From: Pseudomonadota bacterium
GTDB taxonomy: Bacteria; Pseudomonadota; Gammaproteobacteria; JAKAQQ01
NCBI GenBank assembly: GCA_027320085.1
Contig: DAHVLZ010000018.1
Location: 64,001-128,000, forward strand
Reading direction: 5' to 3'
DNA: 64,000 nucleotides
Made by a program: the position numbers and the translations under genes. This document shows, piece after piece, positions 9,329 through 19,543 of this stretch (positions are counted from its first letter, which is position 1; the number at the start of each line of letters is the position of its first letter). The notes beneath the pieces were generated by a model. The model had not been told where the DNA came from and did not search any database. It saw only the letters and a program-made list of their open reading frames with translations.

Positions 9329-11854
9329 CTACCAATGCCAGTTGAGACTGACATAAAACGCGCGGGGCATCCCGGGTTCGGCCAATGTCTGGCCCGGCAC
9401 GTTGAAATAACCGCCGCTGGTGATGTATTCATAGCTGTTGTACTGCTTATTCAGTACGTTCAGTACATCCAGCTTGATCGTGACCCTGTGCAATAGCGCA
9501 AACAGATGCTGGCGACCAACGTGAATGTTGAGTCCCAGATTCCAGATACCAAATGCGGGGAGTTTCTGGGTCGTGGGAGCCCCAATGTTGTTGTTGTAGA
9601 TATTTTGCTGGCCGGTGTACTGCCACCATATGCTCGGTGTATAAAGAATTCCGGCATGGTAGTACAGGTAGTCGGCTCCGATATTCACCGTTTTGGACGG
9701 GACATTCGATATGGGCAACCCATCATAGGAAACCCCATGGGGGTTCACATAATTGGAATACACCGCTCTCTCAAAGCTCACATTGGTGAAGAGGTGCAAG
9801 TTGTACAGGGGATTGTCATCAAAATAGAGATTAACGCCGCTGAAGGTCGATGAGCCGGAGGCAAACTCGCTGTACAGGTGGCTCACAACCGGAATCGGGA
9901 TAATCTCATTGGTATCATTCAAGTGATAGTAATTAACGCCAAATGAAGCGCGGTTGAGAAGTCCCTCATGCGGGATGTAGGCTTTGACGCCGACCTGATA
10001 CTGGGAAGAGGATTGGGGCTTAAGCGTCGATACCAAAAGGTGTGCATAGGTTCCCGTCGCACCGGATGGCGCTTTGTAAGCCGTGGAATAGTTGGCATAG
10101 ACCGCGACGTCCGGGATGATCTTCCAGTTGGCTCCGATGGACGGCTCCACATCCGTGAAGTTCGTGGATGAGTTCGGCTGATAATCCCCGTTATGGCCAA
10201 TGAGGTCGGCCACGTTGAGCGGGAATTGGGCGGCCGCGTTGTTCACGAAGTTCGTTTGGAATGTCACCACCCGCAAACCCGGTGTAATGCGGAGGCTTGG
10301 AATCGGCTGGATATCATCCTGAATGAATGCAGCCAAATCGGTCATGTACAGGTAGGAGCTGTGAAATGCATTCGGCAGTGCAAAACTGTTGTATACCGGC
10401 ACTCCATTGATAATGACATTGTTGCCTGCGTTCGGACTGAGCGAGCTGTAGGTGGCAATCTGTCCTGGATTATAAAAATCGAGGAGTGAACTGTATTTGT
10501 TGTTGACGAAGTAACCTCCAAAGGAAACCGTATTCCACGGCAAACGGTCCGTGAGATAGAGTTTGTCCCCATAGGTATTGCTTTTCGCGAGGTAATATTG
10601 ATCCAAGGCACCGGCATTAAAACCGTAGTTGTCATAATGGAGGTGCTTGCGATTTCCATTTCGGTAAAACAACAAGTTGTGCACAGTCAAATTGCGCGAT
10701 AAATGCTCATAAAACTTGGTATACAGTAGATAGCTGGTATTAAAAGCCTCCTTCCAGTACACCGCGTAGGGCAGCGTCGTATAAAAGCCGGAAGTGGCTT
10801 GGCTATAGATGGGTCCCGGATTTTGGACGCCGTTTGCGTTGTAGCCGTTCACGGTGACCTGGGAGTTCGGCGATACCGGTATACCCAGCGGACGGTAAGC
10901 CACACCACGGGCAATATAGGCGCCAAAGCTGATGTGCCCACCGTGGAACTGTTTTACGACCTTGGCGAAATAGGCATAGTTGTCGCTGGGATTGTTAAAC
11001 CCGTAACCCGTCAAGTAATTGTTGGAGCTCGTCACGCCTCCTGCGAGAACGGCTGACCACCCATCAATCTTGCCGCTGTCTACATTGAAATGGATGCCAC
11101 GCGTATTGAAGCTGCCAAAAAACCCGCCAATACTCGCGCCTGCCCTCGTCGTCGGCTGGAGCGGAATGAAATTAATGGCGCCCCCGATATTGTTGTACCA
11201 GCGGTTGATCGGGTACCCCGGACCATAGGTGACGGCTATTCCTTTGATCAGGGACAGTTGGGGCACCTCTGGTGATCCCCACACGCCGTAGGCGGGATCG
11301 ATCATGGGGACGCCGTCAAAAGTCACCATGACCGTTCCATCATTCGCATTTCCGGCGATATTGCTCCAGCCCGTCTTCATCCCGTTGATGCTGATACTTG
11401 ATCTTGAAGCCCCAACTCCTGAATCCGTTTGTGTATTGACTCCAGGCGCAATCGCTAACACCTGGCCCGCTCCTCCGGCAGGACCTGCGGTTTGTATTTC
11501 CTTTTTGCCGATTACCTTTACGGACTGGGTCGAGTTGAAAACTTCCCTTTTGGTTGGGACTTTATTCAGCGTGTTCAATGCCAATTCGGCAGAGACCTGT
11601 CCAATGAATATTGGCCCACTGTTGGTTGTGGTGGGGGTCTTTTTCTTCCGCTTTTTGGGGGTTGCAACCTGACCCGGTGCATCCAATGCCGATCCGGCAG
11701 AGGCCTTTCCAATAGGTGCGCGAGTGGTGGCTGAAGTCGTTGGAGTTGTTATGCCGGCATGGGCTGCCATAACAATCGCAAGATTCACCATGCCTGCGGA
11801 TGCAATTGCGACGAAGACTGGCTTTAATGATCTGTTGCGATACATCTCGTTCAT
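9329..11854 (-). CDS. TonB-dependent outer membrane receptor
   Basis: Signal peptide, plug motifs (APGVN, FDGVPM, IAVTYGPG...IGGAINF), beta-barrel features (TPGLR, PSIGANW, NVLNKQY, PGMPRAFYVSLNWHW) and a C-terminal aromatic residue. Visibly lower GC than the flanks. Confidence 0.92.
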   Translation of the reverse strand: MNEMYRNRSLKPVFVAIASAGMVNLAIVMAAHAGITTPTTSATTRAPIGKASAGSALDAPGQVATPKKRKKKTPTTTNSGPIFIGQVSAELALNTLNKVPTKREVFNSTQSVKVIGKKEIQTAGPAGGAGQVLAIAPGVNTQTDSGVGASRSSISINGMKTGWSNIAGNANDGTVMVTFDGVPMIDPAYGVWGSPEVPQLSLIKGIAVTYGPGYPINRWYNNIGGAINFIPLQPTTRAGASIGGFFGSFNTRGIHFNVDSGKIDGWSAVLAGGVTSSNNYLTGYGFNNPSDNYAYFAKVVKQFHGGHISFGAYIARGVAYRPLGIPVSPNSQVTVNGYNANGVQNPGPIYSQATSGFYTTLPYAVYWKEAFNTSYLLYTKFYEHLSRNLTVHNLLFYRNGNRKHLHYDNYGFNAGALDQYYLAKSNTYGDKLYLTDRLPWNTVSFGGYFVNNKYSSLLDFYNPGQIATYSSLSPNAGNNVIINGVPVYNSFALPNAFHSSYLYMTDLAAFIQDDIQPIPSLRITPGLRVVTFQTNFVNNAAAQFPLNVADLIGHNGDYQPNSSTNFTDVEPSIGANWKIIPDVAVYANYSTAYKAPSGATGTYAHLLVSTLKPQSSSQYQVGVKAYIPHEGLLNRASFGVNYYHLNDTNEIIPIPVVSHLYSEFASGSSTFSGVNLYFDDNPLYNLHLFTNVSFERAVYSNYVNPHGVSYDGLPISNVPSKTVNIGADYLYYHAGILYTPSIWWQYTGQQNIYNNNIGAPTTQKLPAFGIWNLGLNIHVGRQHLFALLHRVTIKLDVLNVLNKQYNSYEYITSGGYFNVPGQTLAEPGMPRAFYVSLNWHW

Positions 11855-11960
11855 ACCTCGAATATCGGTTTGTGGTTTGAGAACTACACGTTTGAGGAAT
11901 ATGAAGCTTTGAAGCGTCTCCTCGCAGCCTATTGGTGCGGTATTTGTACTACAGCAATGG

Positions 11961-11999
11961 TTACATTACGGTGTAGTTTTCCTGACAATTTATTGACAT
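11961..11999 (-). promoter_or_regulatory. Pho-box-like direct repeat array upstream of the TonB receptor
   Basis: Minus strand reads aTGTCAataaatTGTCAggaaaaCTACAccgtaaTGTAA. Half-sites at 11994, 11983, (11972) and 11961 are spaced 11 bp apart. Confidence 0.6.
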
Positions 12000-12361
12000 T
12001 TTTTAATCATTTTTTCTGCTCGATCAGAGGCGGCGGGATCACAAGGGCCACCTAAAAGTTGAGGGGTATGAAGATTTGTGTCATTGAATGAAGACGCCAA
12101 GAGATAAAAAGCGAAGGTGGGATGCTTGTGGATTGCCGTACGAGGACATCCGAAGCCGGGATGATGATTTAGACACGATGCCCTGACATGCAAAGGCAAA
12201 GGTTCGGGTCGGTGCTGCGGAAGGGGCCTGCCTCTGGAGCCTGGTGTCTCTTTGCCGAATGCCCTTGCCCAACCTCGGTTCAAGGGTTTGCGTGAGGACT
12301 GAGGCGATTGTCGGATTGTTACAGTTTTTTTGGATTGGCACATCAGAAAATCAAAACTTGG

Positions 12362-12379
12362 ATGACATTCCAATGACAC
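12362..12379 (-). promoter_or_regulatory. Second Pho-box-like direct repeat
   Basis: Minus strand gTGTCATtggaaTGTCAT, with half-sites 11 bp apart. An in-phase TGTAA lies 44 bp further along (12319-12323). Confidence 0.55.
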
Positions 12380-12696
12380 TTGAGACTGTCCGCGTGTAGT
12401 TTCATCCGGGTTTATCTGCTGAACGCGTGCGCACGAGGGAATCTCGAAATCTGGCTGAGGATGGATCACAACTGCATCTCCCTCCATGTCCAGTTCACCC
12501 CGGCTTCTTTCCCTCGTCACTCAACTTAATCGAGAGCGGGTGTGCAAGGCCCGCCGAAACCGGTTCGCCTTTAGCTGATCGCACCGCTGCGAACTCAAGC
12601 AGGCCACTCGTCTGACCAGGACCCGATCAGGATCATGACGGCATCAGAGGTGCTGCCTGTCTATCGCTTCGAAAGGCATTACGCTTGAAAAACAGG

Positions 12697-12737
12697 TTGA
12701 CTGGGGCATGGTATTAGTGTTATAGTTATGTATAACA
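12697..12737 (+). promoter_or_regulatory. Sigma70-like promoter of the RND operon with overlapping palindromic operator
   Basis: TTGACT (12697), 18 bp, then TGn-TATAGT (12721). The inverted repeat TGTTATA-N6-TATAACA (12718-12737) covers the -10. Confidence 0.65.
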
Positions 12738-12781
12738 TCTCTCCCCAACCTTAATCTGAAAAGGCGATAACGAGAAAGCGC

Positions 12782-13918
12782 ATGAAATTCATCAAAAACC
12801 GGTACTGGGTTGTTTTATCGCTTGCCCTTCTTGTTTTCGGCGGCCTCTGGGGGTTTAACCTCTACCGAGAGCACGCAATCCGGGCCTACTTCCGTCACTA
12901 TGTTCCACCCCCGGTCGTGGTGGCCACAACCGCCGTCCGGCGCTTTCGGTGGTGGCGGGTGATCCGGACGGTGGGGAGCATCGAGGCCGTCCAGACCGTG
13001 TCGCTGTCGCCGGATCTATCCGGACAGGTCACAGGGATCTTTTTTCATTCAGGCCAGTTTGTAGAGCAGGGGACCCGGCTCGTTGCGCTCAATGATGCCG
13101 AGGAGCGGGCGACACTGCATTCGCTCGAAGCCACTATGCTCTTGGACCGACTCCAGTACCAGCGCCAGAAAACGCTCCTCCGTCAAAATCTCACGGCCCA
13201 CTCCAGCTATGACGCGGCGCGGGCGGCCTACCTCAGTGCCCAGGCCGATGCGGCTTCGGAAAAGGCCGTGATTGCCAACATGCAGGTTGTGGCACCCTTC
13301 AGCGGTCGGTTGGGGATCCGCCTCGTCAATCTGGGCCAATACCTGACTGCCGGTACCGCGATCACCACGCTCACTCGCGTCGCACCGCTTTACGTCTCCT
13401 TCCATCTGCCGGAACAGGACATCAACCGGCTGTACCCGGACCAGGTGGCGCGTCTTACCCTCCCGGCCTATCCGGGGCGGCACTTTTACGGACGCGTCGC
13501 CGTGATCAATCCGACCGTCAACGCGACGACCCGCCTGATTCACGTCCTGGCCCGTTTCCCCAACATGCACGGCCTGCTCAAGCCCGGCATGTTTGGACGC
13601 CTCACCATCCGAAGTCGCCACCGGATCCCGGTCACCGCCATTCCCCGGGTCGCAGTCAGCTACAGCCTGTATGGGGATACGGTCTGGGTGGTGGATCCGC
13701 CACCGACCGGAAAGTCGGTCTCGAAAACACTCCTGCCGACGGTCCGGCAGGTTTTCGTCAAACCGGCGTTCTCGCACGGGGGATGGGTGGCCATCGCCCA
13801 CGGCCTCACCCCGGGCATGGAAATCGTGACGCAAGGTCAGATCAAGCTCCACAAGGGGGATCGGATCCGAATCAATGATCAGATCCGGTTGGTGACGCGA
13901 CCCGGAACCCACCCATGA
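12782..13918 (+). CDS. RND efflux periplasmic adaptor (membrane fusion protein)
   Basis: N-terminal anchor, lipoyl halves (SGQVTGIFFHSGQFVEQG; APFSGRLGIRLVNLGQY) and LKPGMF. Confidence 0.93.
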   Translation: MKFIKNRYWVVLSLALLVFGGLWGFNLYREHAIRAYFRHYVPPPVVVATTAVRRFRWWRVIRTVGSIEAVQTVSLSPDLSGQVTGIFFHSGQFVEQGTRLVALNDAEERATLHSLEATMLLDRLQYQRQKTLLRQNLTAHSSYDAARAAYLSAQADAASEKAVIANMQVVAPFSGRLGIRLVNLGQYLTAGTAITTLTRVAPLYVSFHLPEQDINRLYPDQVARLTLPAYPGRHFYGRVAVINPTVNATTRLIHVLARFPNMHGLLKPGMFGRLTIRSRHRIPVTAIPRVAVSYSLYGDTVWVVDPPPTGKSVSKTLLPTVRQVFVKPAFSHGGWVAIAHGLTPGMEIVTQGQIKLHKGDRIRINDQIRLVTRPGTHP

Positions 13919-16900
13919 AGTTCACTGATTATTTCGTCAAACGGCCGGTTTTGTCCTCCGTTCTGGCGCTTCTGATCTTTTTCCTGGGATTCCGGTCGAT
14001 TTTCGAGATCGGGCTGCGCCAGTACCCGAAAACCAAGACGGCGGTCGTGACCGTCTCGACTGCCTATCCGGGTGCCAGTGCACCCCTCATGCAGGGTTTT
14101 GTCACAACCCCCCTGGAACGCGCCATCGCGGCAACCCAGGGTATCGCCTACATGACTTCCTCGAGCAGCGAGGGCTCGAGCGCGATCAGCGTCCACATGC
14201 ACCTCAACTACAGTGCCAACAAGGCGCTGACCCAGATCACGGCGGCGGTGAACCAGGTCCGGAACGTCCTGCCGGCGGCGAGCCAGTCTCCCGTGATCCA
14301 GGTCTCGACCGGCGAGAAGACCTCGCTCATGTACCTCAGTTTCTACAGTCACGAGATGTCGACCCCGGCCATCGCCGATTATCTGACCCGGGTGGTGGAG
14401 CCCGAACTCGAGTCCGTGAATGGGGTGGCCTCCGCCCGGATCATGGGATACCCCTTTGCCATGCGGATCTGGCTCAACCCCTACCGTCTGGCTGCCTACC
14501 ACCTGACCCCGGCGGCAGTGGTTCAGGCGATCATGAACAACAACTACATCGCTGCGGTCGGACGGACCAAGTCCAACCACATTGCGATCAACATCAATGC
14601 CGAGACCGGCCTCCATTCCGCTCGGGCCTTCCGCCGCCTGGTGGTGGCCCATCAGGGGCACGCACTGGTCCGGCTCGGGGATCTCGGACGGGTGGTTTTG
14701 GGTGCGGAGAACTACAACGGCCGCTTTCTCTTCGATGGCCGTTCCGCCGTCGCCATTGCCATCGACACTGCGCCCAATGCCAATCCCTTGAGCGTGGCCG
14801 AGACGATCCGCCAGCTCATGCCGAAAATCCGAAAAGGACTGCCTCCTTCGCTGAAAGCCGCCGTCGCCTTCGACGCGAGCCAGTTCATCCGGAGTTCCCT
14901 TCATGACGTGCTCGTGACCCTCATCGAGGCGGCCCTCATTGTCATCCTGATTATCTTCCTGTTTTTGGGTTCGGTTCGTGCGGTTCTGGTTCCGGTCGTC
15001 ACGATTCCGCTGTCCTTAATCGGGGTGGTTTTCGTCATGTGGGTTCTGGGCTATACCCTGAACCTCTTGACCCTGTTGGCCCTGGTGTTGGCCATCGGGC
15101 TCGTCGTGGACGATGCGATTGTCGTGGTCGAGAACATCCACCGGCAAATCGAGGCGGGACATGCGCCGCTCGAGGCCGCACTCGTTGGGGGACGCGAGAT
15201 CGCCGGTCCCGTCATGGGCATGACCCTGACTTTGGCTGCAGTGTATGCACCGATCGGATTCCAGACCGGAATCACGGGAAGCCTGTTCCGTGAATTCGCG
15301 TTTACCCTGGCGGGCGCCGTGCTCATTTCCGGTCTTTTGGCCCTCACGCTTTCGCCCATGATGTGTTCCCGCCTGCTCAAGGAGAGCCGATCGGAGGGGC
15401 CCCTGGCTCGCCGACTGGACCATCTGTTCGAGTCCGTCCGGGGCGTCTATGCCCGAACACTGGAGCGGGCGCTCGATCGACGCTGGGTCACGGCCCTGAT
15501 CGGGATCATGGTGCTTTGCAGTCTGTGGATGCTGTACCAAGGCGCCAAGCATGAACTTGCGCCCTCCGAAGACCAGGGTGTCGTCTTCATCCAGGCCAGC
15601 GCAAGCCGGACTGCAACCGTGGGATATCTTTCGAATTATTTCAACGTGCTGGACCAGCTCTTCGCCCAAACACCTGATGTCGAACATAGTTTCATGGGCG
15701 CGGGTTTCGGCGGCGGCAATAGCCTGTTCGCCGGCGTCACGCTCACACCCTGGGACGATCGCAGCCATTCGGCGGCCCAGATCCAAACCCGCCTGCAGAA
15801 GGCCCTGAACCGAATGGCCGGAATTCGCGGATTTGCGGGACTGCCGCCGGCTTTGCCGGGCACGGGAGGCGGGGCACCGGTCGAGTTTGTGGTGACCTCA
15901 ACCGGTTCCTATGCCCACCTCTACCAGGCCGCCGAGCAGCTGAGAGCAGCTGCCGTGAAAAGTGGACTGTTCGCCTATACTCAAAATTCACTGAAGTTCG
16001 ACAACCCCGAGTACCAGATCCGGGTCAACCGGGCTTTGGCTGCGCAGGATGGGTTGGCCATGAGCGATGTGGGCAGTGCGCTGGCCGACCTGCTCAGCGG
16101 AGGCTATATCGACCACTTCAGTCTGGGGGGGGAAAGCTACCGGGTGATTCCGCAGATTGAGCAGCGGGACCGATTCCGCGCGCGTGACCTCGATCGTTAC
16201 GAGGTGGCGGCAACCCATGGAACGCTCGTTCCGCTGAGCGACATCGTGACCCTCAAGCGTGAAGTGGCACCCAACTCGCTCGACCGCTTCGACCAGATGA
16301 ACTCGACCGAACTCGAAGGTGTCATGAAACCCGGGGTCTCTTTGGGCGAGGCCCTCGGCTTTCTGCGCCGGATGGCCCGTTCAATCCTGCCCAAGACCTT
16401 CGGCATTCATTACGCCGGCTTGTCCCGCCAGTATGAAAAACAGGGGCAGGCCCTGATGATGACCTTTTTCTTCGCACTCATCGTGATCTTCCTGGTTCTG
16501 GCCGGTCTCTTTGAAAGTTTTCGCGATCCCTGGATCGTGCTGGTGAGCGTGCCCATGTCCATTTCCGGTGCCTTGCTTTTTCTCAACCTGGGTTTTGCCT
16601 CGGTCAATATCTACACCCAGATCGGGCTGATCACCCTGATCGGACTCATCAGCAAGCATGGCATCCTGATGACCCAGTTTGCGAATGACCTGCAGCGGAA
16701 GGAGGGCCTCAATCGCCGGCAGGCGATCCAGAAAGCGGCCACGATCCGGCTGCGTCCCATCTTGATGACCACCGCCGCCATGGTGATGGGCGTGGTTCCA
16801 CTCATCCTCTCAACCGGTGCGGGGGCCGCCAGCCGCTACGACATCGGCCTGGTCATCGCCACAGGCCTTTTGATCGGAACCACCTTTACCCTCTTCATGG

Positions 16901-16971
16901 TGCCGACCGTCTATACCTGGCTGGCCCATGAATGGATCCCCGAGACCCTATCCGCTCACCTGCCGCCGTAG
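13915..16971 (+). CDS. RND efflux permease (AcrB/MexI-MexW-like, HAE1)
   Basis: FVKRPV, YPGASA, AMRIWL, proton relay VVDDAIVVVEN, GLISKHGIL and RLRPILMT. Confidence 0.95.
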   Translation: MKFTDYFVKRPVLSSVLALLIFFLGFRSIFEIGLRQYPKTKTAVVTVSTAYPGASAPLMQGFVTTPLERAIAATQGIAYMTSSSSEGSSAISVHMHLNYSANKALTQITAAVNQVRNVLPAASQSPVIQVSTGEKTSLMYLSFYSHEMSTPAIADYLTRVVEPELESVNGVASARIMGYPFAMRIWLNPYRLAAYHLTPAAVVQAIMNNNYIAAVGRTKSNHIAININAETGLHSARAFRRLVVAHQGHALVRLGDLGRVVLGAENYNGRFLFDGRSAVAIAIDTAPNANPLSVAETIRQLMPKIRKGLPPSLKAAVAFDASQFIRSSLHDVLVTLIEAALIVILIIFLFLGSVRAVLVPVVTIPLSLIGVVFVMWVLGYTLNLLTLLALVLAIGLVVDDAIVVVENIHRQIEAGHAPLEAALVGGREIAGPVMGMTLTLAAVYAPIGFQTGITGSLFREFAFTLAGAVLISGLLALTLSPMMCSRLLKESRSEGPLARRLDHLFESVRGVYARTLERALDRRWVTALIGIMVLCSLWMLYQGAKHELAPSEDQGVVFIQASASRTATVGYLSNYFNVLDQLFAQTPDVEHSFMGAGFGGGNSLFAGVTLTPWDDRSHSAAQIQTRLQKALNRMAGIRGFAGLPPALPGTGGGAPVEFVVTSTGSYAHLYQAAEQLRAAAVKSGLFAYTQNSLKFDNPEYQIRVNRALAAQDGLAMSDVGSALADLLSGGYIDHFSLGGESYRVIPQIEQRDRFRARDLDRYEVAATHGTLVPLSDIVTLKREVAPNSLDRFDQMNSTELEGVMKPGVSLGEALGFLRRMARSILPKTFGIHYAGLSRQYEKQGQALMMTFFFALIVIFLVLAGLFESFRDPWIVLVSVPMSISGALLFLNLGFASVNIYTQIGLITLIGLISKHGILMTQFANDLQRKEGLNRRQAIQKAATIRLRPILMTTAAMVMGVVPLILSTGAGAASRYDIGLVIATGLLIGTTFTLFMVPTVYTWLAHEWIPETLSAHLPP

Positions 16972-17086
16972 GATCTGACCTCAAGGCCACTTTCGGGAGT
17001 GGAGGATCCGGGATTCGAGAGGTATCATGACCGGAGGAGACCGGCCGGTGTCCGCCCGTCAGGGTCACTTTAACCAGAGTAGAGAG

Positions 17087-18175
17087 ATGGCAGAGCAATC
17101 CGTCCCCGGAAAAGCCGATCTTGGGCTTCTCGATTCCATTGCGCATCCGGCACTTCCGGGCTGTCCCCTGTCATTGACCGGGCGAATCGAGCAGACGGAG
17201 CCGGAGGCTTTCCGCCTGGTTTTAACCCACCCCGTCGGCGAGTTTTCCAGCCGCTATGAGGCGCTGGTGCGCTCCGTACTTGAGCGATCGGTCGGCCAGA
17301 ATGTGGCGCTCGAGACCGTCCTGGACATTCCGGTGGGGCCGAAGCAGGATAACCAGCCGGTTCCCGAGGGGGTCAAAAACCTCCTCGCGGTGGCCTCCGC
17401 CAAAGGGGGCGTCGGTAAATCCACGGTGGCCGTGAACCTCGCGCTATCCCTGTCCCGTCTCGGTGCCCGGGTCGGCATTCTCGATGCCGATATCTACGGT
17501 CCGAGTCTCCCGGCCATGTTGGGAATCGATCAGGCGCCGGAGGTGGAGACCTCTGGCCAGAAACTAAAACCGGTCATGCGGTATGGACTTTCCTGCATGA
17601 GCATCGGCCTTTTGGTTGACACTGACCAGGCGATGATCTGGCGGGGCCCAATGGTGACTCAGGCACTGCAGCAACTGCTATACCAGACCCATTGGCCGGA
17701 ACTCGACTATCTCGTGATCGACCTGCCTCCGGGGACCGGCGATATCCAGCTGACCTTGGCTCAGCGGGTGCCTTTGAGCGGCGCCTTGATCGTGACCACG
17801 CCCCAGAAAATCTCCGTTCTGGATGCCCGTCGGGGAATCCGTATGTTCGAGAAGGTCCGTGTGCCGGTTTTGGGAATCGTGGAAAACATGGCCACCTTCA
17901 ACTGCCCGCATTGCGGAAAGGAAAGTGCCGTCTTCGGCACCGGCGGAGGGCGGGCATTGGCCACCGAATGCGGTGTGGGCGATCTCGGCAGCCTGCCGCT
18001 CGTGCCCGGTCTGTGCGGACGGATGGACGAAGGAGCCCCACCTGCCGCCTCCGAACCCCAATCGGAACTCGCCCAACGCTTTCTCGTTCTGGCGCATGAG
18101 GTGGGTGCGCGACTCGCGGCATCGGTTGCCGAGAGTGCTGGACGCACGCCCGCGATCATCGTGGAGGAGGCTTGA
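17087..18175 (+). CDS. apbC: Fe-S cluster carrier ATPase Mrp/ApbC
   Basis: [35 protein letters not shown] and ENMA..CPHC. Start at 17087 or 17027. Confidence 0.94.
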   Translation: MAEQSVPGKADLGLLDSIAHPALPGCPLSLTGRIEQTEPEAFRLVLTHPVGEFSSRYEALVRSVLERSVGQNVALETVLDIPVGPKQDNQPVPEGVKNLLAVASAKGGVGKSTVAVNLALSLSRLGARVGILDADIYGPSLPAMLGIDQAPEVETSGQKLKPVMRYGLSCMSIGLLVDTDQAMIWRGPMVTQALQQLLYQTHWPELDYLVIDLPPGTGDIQLTLAQRVPLSGALIVTTPQKISVLDARRGIRMFEKVRVPVLGIVENMATFNCPHCGKESAVFGTGGGRALATECGVGDLGSLPLVPGLCGRMDEGAPPAASEPQSELAQRFLVLAHEVGARLAASVAESAGRTPAIIVEEA

Positions 18176-18176
18176 C

Positions 18177-18743
18177 ATGGGACTCAAATCCGACCGCTGG
18201 ATCCGGGATATGGCGCGGACATCACGCATGATCGAGCCTTTCGAGTCCGGTCAGGTCCGGGAAAATGAACAGGGCCGGGTGGTTTCTTTCGGTACCTCGA
18301 GTTATGGCTACGATGTCCGCTGCGCGGATGAGTTCAAGATTTTTACCAACATCAACTCCGCCGTGGTCGATCCCAAGAATTTTTCAGCCTCGAGTTTTGT
18401 CGATTTCCGGGGGCCGGTGTGCATCATCCCGCCCAACTCCTTTGCCCTGGCCCGGACTGTCGAGTATTTCCGGATTCCCCGCAATGTCCTCACCATCTGC
18501 CTTGGAAAATCAACCTATGCCCGCTGCGGGATCATCGTGAACGTGACCCCGCTCGAACCCGAATGGGAAGGCCATGTCACCCTCGAGTTCTCGAATACCA
18601 CACCATTGCCGGCGCGGATTTACGCCCATGAGGGAGTGGCCCAGATGCTGTTTTTCGAGGCGGACGAATGCTGTGAGGTGTCCTACCGTGACCGGGGCGG
18701 GAAGTACCAGGGTCAGAAAGGCGTAACCTTGCCCAAGGCCTGA
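18177..18743 (+). CDS. dcd: dCTP deaminase
   Basis: [45 protein letters not shown] and GKYQGQ. Confidence 0.97.
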   Translation: MGLKSDRWIRDMARTSRMIEPFESGQVRENEQGRVVSFGTSSYGYDVRCADEFKIFTNINSAVVDPKNFSASSFVDFRGPVCIIPPNSFALARTVEYFRIPRNVLTICLGKSTYARCGIIVNVTPLEPEWEGHVTLEFSNTTPLPARIYAHEGVAQMLFFEADECCEVSYRDRGGKYQGQKGVTLPKA

Positions 18744-19543
18744 GAAGACGGCCGGGGCTGGGCCGGGGATGCGAGGGGACTGAAACGAAGGAGCCGCAGC
18801 GTGATCGTCGGATGGTGAGGGCGGATTTCCCGCGCGACGACCGGGATTTCATCTAAGGTGCGGGCACACCAGAAGATCAGCTGGGTTCCCTTCCGGGTCC
18901 GTGCCACGTACTCGACCGTCAGAAAGACCCCGGCGGGTGTTCTCCAGGTACGTTGTCCTGCCCGCGTCACGACATAGCGGTGGAGATGGTTGTGGTTGAC
19001 CACGAGAAAGGTCGCCGGTGGCCTCCCCTTGAGCACGAGGTCGCGGCTGAGTGCGATCTGGGCGGTCAGGCGGTCCAGCATGCCGGGATGGAGCGGCAAG
19101 CTGATCCGCTTGGAACCCACTTGGGCATGGACGATCCGTCTGGACCAGTCAAACCGGACCTCCTGGTCATGCCGGGCACTCCGGCCCGGTTCCGTCAGCC
19201 GATAGGACAGGGGTTCAAACCGGCCCTTGCGCTGGATGCGGAAACGGGCGGTTTCCTCGAGGCGGACGTTTTCAAAAAGCGAAAACAGGGCATTGGGTCG
19301 TGAGGAAGAGTGACACCGCCAGAGGCCCTGGGCCTCCCGCCGCAGGGTGATCCGCGAACGGCCGACACCGAAACCGTCGAGATAGACGCTGTAGAGGGCC
19401 TGGTAGGGTAGGAGGCCTGAGCGCGGACCCGGCACCGGGGCTGAGGAGGCGAGGGCGGGGAGCTCCGGAAGCAGGAGCAGGAGGAAAAGAAGGCCGTGGG
19501 TGGGCCGAAACCGACAGGGACGGAGGAAGGAGGACCCGGTCAT
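18713..19543 (-). CDS. DUF3108 exported protein
   Basis: Signal peptide, PYQALY, FDWS and LDRLTAQ. Typical position downstream of purN. Confidence 0.75.
   Translation of the reverse strand: MTGSSFLRPCRFRPTHGLLFLLLLLPELPALASSAPVPGPRSGLLPYQALYSVYLDGFGVGRSRITLRREAQGLWRCHSSSRPNALFSLFENVRLEETARFRIQRKGRFEPLSYRLTEPGRSARHDQEVRFDWSRRIVHAQVGSKRISLPLHPGMLDRLTAQIALSRDLVLKGRPPATFLVVNHNHLHRYVVTRAGQRTWRTPAGVFLTVEYVARTRKGTQLIFWCARTLDEIPVVAREIRPHHPTITLRLLRFSPLASPAQPRPSSQALGKVTPF

Noticed and set aside
11990-12520. 176-aa and 86-aa minus-strand ORFs in the TBDR-RND intergenic region
   Set aside because: No recognisable domain or clear RBS, and they run through the regulatory repeats.
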